Source: Planctomycetota bacterium
GTDB taxonomy: Bacteria > Planctomycetota > MHYJ01 > JACQXL01
DNA: 64,000 nt
Assembly (NCBI GenBank): GCA_043801445.1
Contig: JAZDMB010000046.1
Span: forward strand, 19,253-83,252
Direction of reading: 5' to 3'
In this document: positions 9,651 to 18,284 of the stretch, in pieces
Layout of the letters: every line of letters begins with the position of its first letter
Position numbering within the stretch: position 1 is the stretch's first letter
Program-made: the position numbers and the translations under genes
The notes under the pieces: model-generated
Told to the model about the DNA's origin: nothing
Database searches by the model: none
What the model saw: only the letters and a program-made list of their open reading frames with translations

Positions 9651-11180
9651 GTGTCTATGGCAGTTATTCTTGACGGCAAACATCTGACGATTGAAGACGT
9701 GGTAAAGGTTGCCCGCAACTATGCAAAAGTGGAATTGCATCCGGCGGCTATAGAAAGAATAAATGTCTGCCGGACAATGCTTAACGAAAAAATAGAGAAC
9801 CACGAAATAATGTACGGCGTTACGACCGGCATCGGCGAATTTTCAGAAGTGGCGTTAACACCCGAGCAATCCGAGAAATACCAGAAATATCTTATCTATT
9901 CACACGCCGCCGGTATCGGCGAACCCATACCCGAAGATGCGGTCAGGGCTGCGATTCTGTCAAGAATCAACGTGCTCTGCAACGGCCTTTCAGGCCCGAG
10001 ATTAATCATCGTCCAGACACTGGTTGAGATGCTCAATAAAGGCGTCACGCCGGTGATGTGCCAGCGCGGTTCGGTCGGCGCCTGCGGTGATTTGTCTCCG
10101 ATGGCTCAGATGGCTTTAGTCCCGATGGGCGAAGGCGAGGCATTTTATAAAGGCAAAAGATTACCCGGCGCTGAAGCTATGAAACAGGCCGGTATTCCCA
10201 CCATTAAGTATGAACAAAGAGACGGATTAGCATGCATCAACGGCTCTAATGTCATCACCGCTATGGGCTGCCTCCAATTATATGATGCGGACCAATGGCT
10301 CAGAACCCATGATATTGCCGCGGCTATGACGCTGGAAGCAATCAATGCCAATATGAAGGCATACGACGACCGATTACATCAGGCGCGCGGTTATCCCGGT
10401 TCTATTACCTGCGCTGAAAATATCAGACGGCTGACCGAAGGCAGCGAACTCCTGCAGCGCAAAGGCAAAAAGGTCCAGGATGCCTACAGCCTGCGCTCTA
10501 CGCCTCAGGTAGCCGGCGCCGCCAAGGATACCTTTAAATTCTCTCGCCAGATGTTTGAGATTGAACTCAACGGCGTGGGCGATAATCCACTCTTCTTCCC
10601 CAAAGATAAAACCGTCATAACCGGCGCTAATTTCCAGGGAACACCGCTGGCATTCGCCCTGGAGTTTTTAGGCATTGCCATAACCACGGTCTGTGTCTTA
10701 TCGGAACGAAGACTTAATAGACTGCTTAATTCGCATCTCTCGCAGGGATTACCGTCATTCCTGACCAAAGGCGCCGGAATGTTCTCAGGTCTGATGCTAT
10801 CACAGTATACGGCCGGCGCATTAGTCTGCGAAAACAGATGTCTCTGCACCCCGGCGGCTGTTGGTTCTATCCCGGCTGCGGCTGACCAGGAGGATTTTGT
10901 CAGTATGGGTATGACCAGCGCCATCAAGACCCGCCAGATAATAGATAATGCCTATGGAGTTTTAGGAATTGAGTTTATCGCAGCGGCCCAGGCATTTGAT
11001 TTCCGAGCGCCGGTTAAACCGGCTCCGGCAACTAAAGCGGCTTATGATGTCATCCGCAAGTATGTCGCTCATCTTGAAGAAGACCGGCCTCTATTTGATG
11101 ATAACAACGCTATGGTAAAAGTCGTCCGTTCAGGCGAAATACTTGCTGCAGCGGAAAAAATTACCGGAAAACTTAAATAA
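9651..11180 (+). CDS. hutH: Histidine ammonia-lyase
   Basis: YGVTTG, LIYSHAAG, GSVGACGD, VQDAYSLR, QEDFVSMG; adjacent to hutU. Confidence 0.9.
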   Translation: MSMAVILDGKHLTIEDVVKVARNYAKVELHPAAIERINVCRTMLNEKIENHEIMYGVTTGIGEFSEVALTPEQSEKYQKYLIYSHAAGIGEPIPEDAVRAAILSRINVLCNGLSGPRLIIVQTLVEMLNKGVTPVMCQRGSVGACGDLSPMAQMALVPMGEGEAFYKGKRLPGAEAMKQAGIPTIKYEQRDGLACINGSNVITAMGCLQLYDADQWLRTHDIAAAMTLEAINANMKAYDDRLHQARGYPGSITCAENIRRLTEGSELLQRKGKKVQDAYSLRSTPQVAGAAKDTFKFSRQMFEIELNGVGDNPLFFPKDKTVITGANFQGTPLAFALEFLGIAITTVCVLSERRLNRLLNSHLSQGLPSFLTKGAGMFSGLMLSQYTAGALVCENRCLCTPAAVGSIPAAADQEDFVSMGMTSAIKTRQIIDNAYGVLGIEFIAAAQAFDFRAPVKPAPATKAAYDVIRKYVAHLEEDRPLFDDNNAMVKVVRSGEILAAAEKITGKLK

Positions 11181-11190
11181 GAGAATACTT

Positions 11191-11311
11191 AACCACAAAG
11201 AACACAAGGAATTCTTGGTGACCTTTGTTCACTTTGTGGTGAAAATTAATTTTATCTTGGTTTCATGGCCTGCCTGCGCGAAGCCTTCGGCGAAGGCACG
11301 GTCTCCTTCTA
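11191..11311. repeat. Intergenic palindromic cluster (CACAAAG/CTTTGTG hairpin plus composite element)
   Basis: 11252-11311 is a near-exact reverse complement of 56161-56218. Confidence 0.8.
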
Positions 11312-11347
11312 GAAATTATCTGTGGTTTTAAACGGAGAAATTATTTT

Positions 11348-13018
11348 ATGGAATACGAACCTGTTCAAGCTCCGCGCGGCACGAAAATCTCCTGTAAATC
11401 ATGGCAGACCGAAGCGCCGATGCGGATGCTGATGAATAATCTCGACCCTGAAGTAGCCGAAGACCCGAAGAATCTGGTGGTCTACGGCGGTTCAGGCAGA
11501 GCCGTCCGCAATTGGGATTGCTTCCACAAGATTGTAAAAATACTGAAAGACCTTAATGATGACGAAACTTTATTAGTCCAATCCGGCAAACCGGTCGCGG
11601 TATTTAAAACCCACGAATTTGCGCCCAGGGTCCTGATTGCCAACAGCCTGCTCGTTCCGGCCTGGGCGAACTGGGAATATTTCCGTGAACTGGAATCAAA
11701 AGGTCTGACGATGTACGGACAGATGACAGCCGGCAGTTGGATTTATATCGGGACCCAGGGCATCTTACAAGGCACATACGAAACGTTCGCTGCCGCGGCT
11801 GAAAAGCACTTTTCCGCCAAAGGCGGATCCGCCTCTGGAGGACAAGGCAACCTCAGAGGCAAATTAGTCGTCTCAGCCGGCTTGGGCGGTATGGGCGGCG
11901 CACAGCCTCTCGCGGTTACTATGAATAAAGGCGTTTTTCTGGGCATAGAAACAGACCCGGAACGGATTATGCGCCGCATCAAAAACGGATATTGTAATAT
12001 CATGGCTGAAAGACTGGATACTGCCCTACGACTGGTGCGTACTGCCAAAAAGAACCGCGAACCGCTTTCAGTCGGACTGGTCGGTAACGCCGCTGAAATA
12101 CTGCCTGAAATGGTCAAGCAGGGCGTTGTGCCTGACCTGGTAACAGACCAGACCTCGGCGCATGATACGCTCAACGGCTATATCCCCAAAGGATTATCTC
12201 TGGAAGAAGCCAAAGCGCTGCGTAAATCCAATCCAAAAAAATATATGCAGTTGGCTGTTGAATCCATCGTCATCCATACTAAGGCAATGATTGATTTGCA
12301 GAAGATGGGCTCAATCGTATTTGAATACGGCAATAATATCCGCCAGCAGGCAAAATTAGGCGGCTTGTCAAATGCCTTTGATTTCCCCGGCTTTGTGCCG
12401 GCTTATATCAGACCGCTTTTCTGTGAAGGCAAAGGACCATTCAGATGGGTAGCGCTATCCGGCGACCCCAAAGACATCTATACCACCGATGAAATAATCT
12501 GTAAGAAATTCAAGTCTAATAAGAAACTGGTCCGCTGGATAAAAATGGTTCGGGAAAGTATCCAATTCCAGGGATTACCGGCGCGGATTTGCTGGCTGGG
12601 ACAGGGCGAACGCGCCAAATTCGGCGAAATTCTCAATCATCTGGTTAAGACAGGCAAAGTATCGGCTCCGATTGTCATCGGCAGAGACCATCTGGATACC
12701 GGCTCGGTCGCATCGCCATACCGCGAAACAGAAGGAATGAAAGACGGCAGTGATGCCATTGCCGACTGGCCTATTCTCAATGCCCTGCTCAATACCGCTT
12801 CAGGCGCCACCTGGGTATCGGTTCATCACGGCGGCGGTGTGGGCATCGGATATTCCATACATGCCGGTATGGTTACAGTAGCAGACGGCACAAAATTGGC
12901 ATCCAAAAAACTGGCGCTGGTTCTTAATAATGACCCGGGTATCGGCGTAGTTCGTCACGCTGATGCCGGCTATGAACAGGCGATTCAGACCGCACAGCAA
13001 CATAATATAAGAATGTAA
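11348..13018 (+). CDS. hutU: Urocanate hydratase
   Basis: [41 protein letters not shown]. Confidence 0.97.
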   Translation: MEYEPVQAPRGTKISCKSWQTEAPMRMLMNNLDPEVAEDPKNLVVYGGSGRAVRNWDCFHKIVKILKDLNDDETLLVQSGKPVAVFKTHEFAPRVLIANSLLVPAWANWEYFRELESKGLTMYGQMTAGSWIYIGTQGILQGTYETFAAAAEKHFSAKGGSASGGQGNLRGKLVVSAGLGGMGGAQPLAVTMNKGVFLGIETDPERIMRRIKNGYCNIMAERLDTALRLVRTAKKNREPLSVGLVGNAAEILPEMVKQGVVPDLVTDQTSAHDTLNGYIPKGLSLEEAKALRKSNPKKYMQLAVESIVIHTKAMIDLQKMGSIVFEYGNNIRQQAKLGGLSNAFDFPGFVPAYIRPLFCEGKGPFRWVALSGDPKDIYTTDEIICKKFKSNKKLVRWIKMVRESIQFQGLPARICWLGQGERAKFGEILNHLVKTGKVSAPIVIGRDHLDTGSVASPYRETEGMKDGSDAIADWPILNALLNTASGATWVSVHHGGGVGIGYSIHAGMVTVADGTKLASKKLALVLNNDPGIGVVRHADAGYEQAIQTAQQHNIRM

Positions 13019-13056
13019 ACATCAATCGGAATCCGTCACATCAAAAGTTAATAATG

Positions 13057-13282
13057 GGACACAGATAAATACAGAGACTTCGCCTACACAGATTAACAGA
13101 ATTTATTTATAAGGAAACCATGAGACCAAGAAAATTACTCCTGTTTTTCCTGGTCTCCTTATAGAAATTATCCGCCTGCCCGACCTTTCGGTCGTTCGGG
13201 CGGGTGTCTATCTGCGTTCATCTGTGTCCTATGTGTCTCTGCGTTCTCTGCCTGCCCTCCGAAGCATTGCATAGGAGGGTGG
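13057..13282. repeat. Nested palindromic repeat cluster
   Basis: CACAGAT...ATCTGTG outer arms enclosing TTATAAGGAAACC...GGTCTCCTTATA and a 30-bp element at 13175-13204. Confidence 0.8.
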
Positions 13283-13380
13283 GTTCATTATTTAATCTGC
13301 CTGCCTACTTGGTGTAATCTACGGTTATGTTTTCGTGTCGGTGTATTGGAAAAAATGAGGAATAAAGAAGAGTATATTAT

Positions 13381-13824
13381 TTATCCTTGTTTCAGGTATT
13401 TGACGTCGAGTTTATCCTTTTCCCGGCCGGTTGATTCCTTATTTTTGATAAGGTCTGATTTAGACAATAACGGAATTTTCAGATTTTCCACATCGATATT
13501 TTTCCGTTTAGGATACGCTTTTTTAAACTCAACTCCGTCAATTTGGGTGATAATATCAATTCTCCTGGGTGCCACGCCGATCTGGAAAATAATGCCTTTC
13601 TTGCAGAAAGTCTTTTCGTTAATCATGGCCATCGGCGCTTTGAATTCAGAAAGCGATTGATATATTTTAGCGGAGTTTTCAGGGGTGTTCTCAACCCAGA
13701 TATCAAGGTCGCCGGTGGCTCTGGGGTATCCGTAGGCGCCCATTGCATAAGCACCGACTACAAGGAATTTAACATCATTGCTTGATAAGAGCTGCAACAT
13801 TTCTTTGTAATCTTCGTTCAGCAC
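13381..13824 (-). CDS. Predicted nucleotidyltransferase (DUF6036/MNT-like)
   Basis: VVGAYAM...PRATGDLD motif and C-terminal K..TGREKD. Confidence 0.75.
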   Translation of the reverse strand: MLNEDYKEMLQLLSSNDVKFLVVGAYAMGAYGYPRATGDLDIWVENTPENSAKIYQSLSEFKAPMAMINEKTFCKKGIIFQIGVAPRRIDIITQIDGVEFKKAYPKRKNIDVENLKIPLLSKSDLIKNKESTGREKDKLDVKYLKQG

Positions 13825-13969
13825 TGCCTGACTCCTTTAATGACCACAATTCAGAGGTTAATTCCCAGATAAAAGCGATGCGTTCGCCGGGCGATGTTTT
13901 CATATAATCCGACTCGGGCAATTCCGCCATTTTTTTGATGGTGATGTTATTCCTTTTTACCTTTATCAT
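13775..13969 (-). CDS. Small partner protein of the nucleotidyltransferase
   Basis: 64 aa, overlaps the NTase start; SPGERI...RRLQRNV pattern. Confidence 0.55.
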   Translation of the reverse strand: MIKVKRNNITIKKMAELPESDYMKTSPGERIAFIWELTSELWSLKESGSAERRLQRNVAALIKQ

Positions 13970-13975
13970 GATATT

Positions 13976-14003
13976 ATTATATCTTTTTGGCAGGTAAAGT
14001 CAA
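13976..14003 (-). promoter_or_regulatory. Sigma70-like promoter, probably leaderless
   Basis: TTGACT-N16-TATAAT on the minus strand, ending 6 nt before ATG 13969. Confidence 0.5.
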
Positions 14004-14462
14004 GAAAAATCATCACCGCCGAAAACGCGAAACCGGAATAACTATAAGGAAACCAAGATAAAATTAATTTCCACCATTTATCCCATTTTGGGACAAAGAC
14101 ACAAAAAGAAAATGTCGAAGTTACAAGTGTAGAAGGTTAATTATACAGTTAATTATACACGATACCCCCTATACCCTCACTACGCATAGAGGAGTCCCAC
14201 TCCCTGCTATAGGGAGCCCTATATCCCCCAAATGGAGTTGTGGTAGGTAGGTAAATTGTATAATTAATCTTCTTTACTAACAAAAGGTTCTTAGTTCTCG
14301 CGAAAGACGAACCTTTCTGGACTATAAGGTAATTTTGGACTAATTGTGGTGTTTTTAAGTGTACCAGAAAGTACTTAACAATCACACCCCGGTAAATTCA
14401 GTATCCGCCGCGGATTTAATCACCTCAGAGACGCAAAGAACACGGATTGAAACTGGTGTGTG

Positions 14463-16679
14463 TCACCGGACCCCTGCTAAGGAGAGAAGATACAGCGCAA
14501 TCACTAACTGAAATAAAATTAACGCTGCGATTATCCAGGTTTGTTTAGTTATCGCGCTGAGCAAATTCGAGTATTGGTCTGTCCATGGCTTGACGTTTTG
14601 GTACTGTTCCGGCTGGGCGGGCGACCAATCCAGCCGCCCGGTTAAAAGCCCGAAGACTTCCTTGTCCCAAGTCAGCGCTAAGTAGCTGGTGGCTAGGACA
14701 TTGTCTGTTGCGGTATTAACGGCTTTGCAGGCATACGCCCCCACTGCCCGAGCATTGGCAAATAGCACCGGGTCCAGCTCCAGATATCGGCTGGAGATGT
14801 GGAAAAAAATCACCCCTTTCGGCGCCAGGCGTTTTTTGTATTCGTTCAGGGCTTCGGTGGTTATCAGGTGCACCGGAACGTAGTCACCGCTGAAGGCGTC
14901 TATGACTATCAGATTATAGTAATTTTCCGGCGATTGCCTGATGGACATCCGGCCGTCGCCCGCGATAATCTCGGTCCGGGCCGCGCAGTTTTTCAGATAG
15001 GTAAACCGCTCTTTCGCGATGGCTATAATTTCGGGGTTTATTTCGAAAAAGTCCATGGTTTGCCCGGCCTTACCATAGGACGCCAAGACACCGGCACCCA
15101 GCCCAATCAACCCGATTTTGTCCGGATTGAAAAGAGGCGAAATCAGGACTTGACTCAGCGGAGCGGCCGCGTGGTAATAGGCTATCGGTATCAGCTCTTT
15201 TTCCTTGGCCAGGTACTGACCCCCGTGTATGGTATTGCCGCTGAGCAGCAATATCTTGTCTTTGTCCTGATAGATTTTGTTGACGCCGTAATAATTACGG
15301 CTCCGATAGATAATGTTGTGGTCCGACCAAAGATAGTCGATGAGCGGGCTGGCCGACATGGCCAGCAGGAGCAATAAAATGGCGCTGAGCATTGCCGGCT
15401 TGTCTTTGAATCTCGAAAAGACCCAACAAATGGCTATCAGAACCACGACCCCGGAGATATTATAGCCCCCGAATATCATGGGCCAAACCACCAAAAGCGC
15501 CAGGAGCCCAAGCGCCAAGAGCACATCCCGTTTGGGAAATGAGAGTTTCGGCCGGTCCAGCGTCATGGCCAGCGCAATCAGGACCAATCCGGCCAGGAAT
15601 TCAATGGTCGATGACGCTATCAGGGGAATGAGCCAGCTGACAAAAACGCCGCCCAAAAATCCGCCCAGAGAAAGTATCAGATAGAAGGATGTCAGATTAC
15701 GGTTATCCCGGGGCTTGGATTGGTAAAGCTCGCTCTGGCAAAACATACAGACCAAAAACAATAACACCAGATACGCGGGTAAAGTGATGCTGGTTTCAAA
15801 AAACATGGTCACGGTCAGGAAGTAGACGATGGTGCTCAGGGCCAGGATGATATGAATCTGGCTCCGGATCCAGACCGGGCACCAGTAGTTCTTTTTGAAT
15901 ACCAGGATAAATGACCCCAGATAGATAGCCAAGGGAAGCATCCATAACAGCGGCATCGGGGCAATATCGCAGGTCAGGATATTGGTAACGGACAGGAACA
16001 TTATCACGCCGGCGGCTCCGAGTAGAAACCATTTTACGGCATCTCGGCGGCTGACGCGGACCGGCAAGTCTTCATCTTTTGCAACGGCGGTTTTTCTGAC
16101 TTTTATCAGGGCCAAGGCGGCCAGATACAATAAGGCCAAGGCGAAATAGCCGATGCGCCAAATCCTGAGCTGGTCGTTGAGGTCCCAGTATAGCTCGAAT
16201 ATAAAGGGATAAGTAATTAAAGCGGCGAATGACCCTAAATTGGATACGGCGTACAAGATATAAGGATTGGCCTTTTCTTCAAGTTCGGATGATGCCAGCC
16301 AGTTTTGGAATATAATGCTGGTGGTGGAGAGGAAGAAAAACGCCAGCCCGACGGCCATGGAAAGGAACCAGAAAATATTCAGCACCATGGGGATGCCGAA
16401 TAAGGCTTCCGGCGCCGGCAATGCCCGGCCCGGAAAGAAGAGAAATGTCAGCGCTAACAGGCCCAGATGGATATAACGATAGCGATAGATGCCCCATTTC
16501 CGGAGCGCGAGGTGGGAAAAAAGATAGCCCAGAAACAGAGTCGCCTGGAAGAAGACCATGGTCGCGCCCCAGACTGAGTACACGCCTCCGAAATGCGGCA
16601 GCATGACTTTGGCTACGATAAATTCGATCTGGAATAAAAGGAATGCCGCTATGAACACGATGACCGAAATAATGTACAT
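14463..16679 (-). CDS. Membrane-fused spermidine synthase-like/SAM-dependent transferase
   Basis: Multiple TM helices followed by IGLGAG, DGR, IDAFS and WTD motifs; likely start ATG 16679; visibly more GC-rich than its neighbours. Confidence 0.85.
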   Translation of the reverse strand: MYIISVIVFIAAFLLFQIEFIVAKVMLPHFGGVYSVWGATMVFFQATLFLGYLFSHLALRKWGIYRYRYIHLGLLALTFLFFPGRALPAPEALFGIPMVLNIFWFLSMAVGLAFFFLSTTSIIFQNWLASSELEEKANPYILYAVSNLGSFAALITYPFIFELYWDLNDQLRIWRIGYFALALLYLAALALIKVRKTAVAKDEDLPVRVSRRDAVKWFLLGAAGVIMFLSVTNILTCDIAPMPLLWMLPLAIYLGSFILVFKKNYWCPVWIRSQIHIILALSTIVYFLTVTMFFETSITLPAYLVLLFLVCMFCQSELYQSKPRDNRNLTSFYLILSLGGFLGGVFVSWLIPLIASSTIEFLAGLVLIALAMTLDRPKLSFPKRDVLLALGLLALLVVWPMIFGGYNISGVVVLIAICWVFSRFKDKPAMLSAILLLLLAMSASPLIDYLWSDHNIIYRSRNYYGVNKIYQDKDKILLLSGNTIHGGQYLAKEKELIPIAYYHAAAPLSQVLISPLFNPDKIGLIGLGAGVLASYGKAGQTMDFFEINPEIIAIAKERFTYLKNCAARTEIIAGDGRMSIRQSPENYYNLIVIDAFSGDYVPVHLITTEALNEYKKRLAPKGVIFFHISSRYLELDPVLFANARAVGAYACKAVNTATDNVLATSYLALTWDKEVFGLLTGRLDWSPAQPEQYQNVKPWTDQYSNLLSAITKQTWIIAALILFQLVIALYLLSLAGVR

Positions 16680-16988
16680 CTTTAATCTTAGTAATCTGGG
16701 GACATATGCGCCCAGTGCGTTTCTACCGATACTCGCTGATGGTTCGCTATGCCCGGTCACGGTAGTGTTTCCCGGGCTCGTGGAACAGACCACACATTTT
16801 TTTAGCCCTTTATCTATGCGTCTTTGCGGGCACGGTTTTTATAAAATGCACTGATTCCGGGTCAGCCACGAATTTACCGCACCTGCCCGAATGAACATTC
16901 GTTCAGGCGGGGAGACACAGAGAACACAAAGAAATCAGTCTGCTGTACCAAGAATTTACCAGATTTCCACTCCTTAGAGTTAATAAAA

Positions 16989-18092
16989 TCATTCACCTAA
17001 TTGAAGTTCAATCTTACTTGGTATTTCCCTTACCTTAATAGGCATCTGATCTAATTTCCGTGCCTCTTCATAGGCTGATAATGCTTCTTTAATTCTGCCT
17101 AAATTAAAAAGAATATCAGCTTTCTTATACCAAGCCTCTGTATACTTGGGGTCAATTTCTAATGCTTCTTCACAGGCTGATAATGCTTCTTCATTTCTAC
17201 CTAACTTTACAAGCGTAACACTTTTACCATACCAAGCCTTTTTATGCTTCGGGTCAATCTTTAATGTTTCTTCACAGGCTAATAATGCTTCTTCATATTT
17301 TTCTAAATTAAAAAATATATTACCTTTCTTGTACCAAGCCTTTTTATACTTCGGATCAATCTTTAATGTTTCTTCACAGGCTAATAATGCTTCTTCATAT
17401 TTTTCTAAATTAAAAAATATACTACCTTTCTTATACCAAACCTCTTTATCCTTGGGGTCAATCTTTAATGCTTCATTGCAGGTTGATAATATATCTTCAT
17501 TTATTTTATAATTAAATGGATCTAATCTCTGTGCTTCTTCATAGGCTGATAATGATTCTTGATATCTGCCTAACTCTCTAAGTACACCACCTTTATTATA
17601 CCACGCATTTTTATCCTTGGGGTCAATCTTTAATACTTCTTCAAGTGCTAATAATGCTCCTTCATTTCTGCCTAACTTTACGAGTGTAACGCCTTTATTA
17701 TACCATGCCTTTTTATCATTTAGATCAATCTTTAATGCTTCATCAAAGGCTGATAATACATCTTCATCTATTATTTTACTATTAAATGGATCTAATCTCT
17801 GTGCTTCTTCATAGGCTGATAAGGCTTCTTCATATCTGCCTAACTTTACAAGTGTAACACCTCTATTATACCATGCCTTTTTATCATTCGGATCAATCTT
17901 TAATGCTTCATCAAAGGCTGATAACGCTTCTTCATTTCTGTCTAAATTTAAAAGTGAACAACCTTTATCAAACCAAGCATTTTTATCTTTATTCACATTT
18001 AATTCACTATTTACCAAACCTTTAGAAGCACATCCAGCAAAAATACTACCAGCTATTAATAACATGCCATAAATTACTATTATCTTTTTCAT
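16989..18092 (-). CDS. TPR-repeat lipoprotein
   Basis: FAGC lipobox; 34-aa AWY.KG..L..LGRYEEAL repeats. Confidence 0.9.
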   Translation of the reverse strand: MKKIIVIYGMLLIAGSIFAGCASKGLVNSELNVNKDKNAWFDKGCSLLNLDRNEEALSAFDEALKIDPNDKKAWYNRGVTLVKLGRYEEALSAYEEAQRLDPFNSKIIDEDVLSAFDEALKIDLNDKKAWYNKGVTLVKLGRNEGALLALEEVLKIDPKDKNAWYNKGGVLRELGRYQESLSAYEEAQRLDPFNYKINEDILSTCNEALKIDPKDKEVWYKKGSIFFNLEKYEEALLACEETLKIDPKYKKAWYKKGNIFFNLEKYEEALLACEETLKIDPKHKKAWYGKSVTLVKLGRNEEALSACEEALEIDPKYTEAWYKKADILFNLGRIKEALSAYEEARKLDQMPIKVREIPSKIELQLGE

Positions 18093-18284
18093 ACATTATC
18101 CTTATAATTCCGTGTTAGCCACAGAGGCATAATAAAGTCAAAAGTAAAAAGTATTAAGTAAAAAGTCAGAGCTTTTACCATTTAACTTCTAACTTTCAAC
18201 TTAACATCTCCACACCAGTGCCTGACGGCAGGCAGGGACACAGAGAAATCGGTCTGCTGTCCACCGAATTATCCCACCGTCATG

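Noticed and set aside
16690-16850. N-terminal extension or structured leader of the spermidine-synthase fusion
   Set aside because: The hydrophobic N-terminus begins at ATG 16679; a hairpin is present but no RNA family was recognised.
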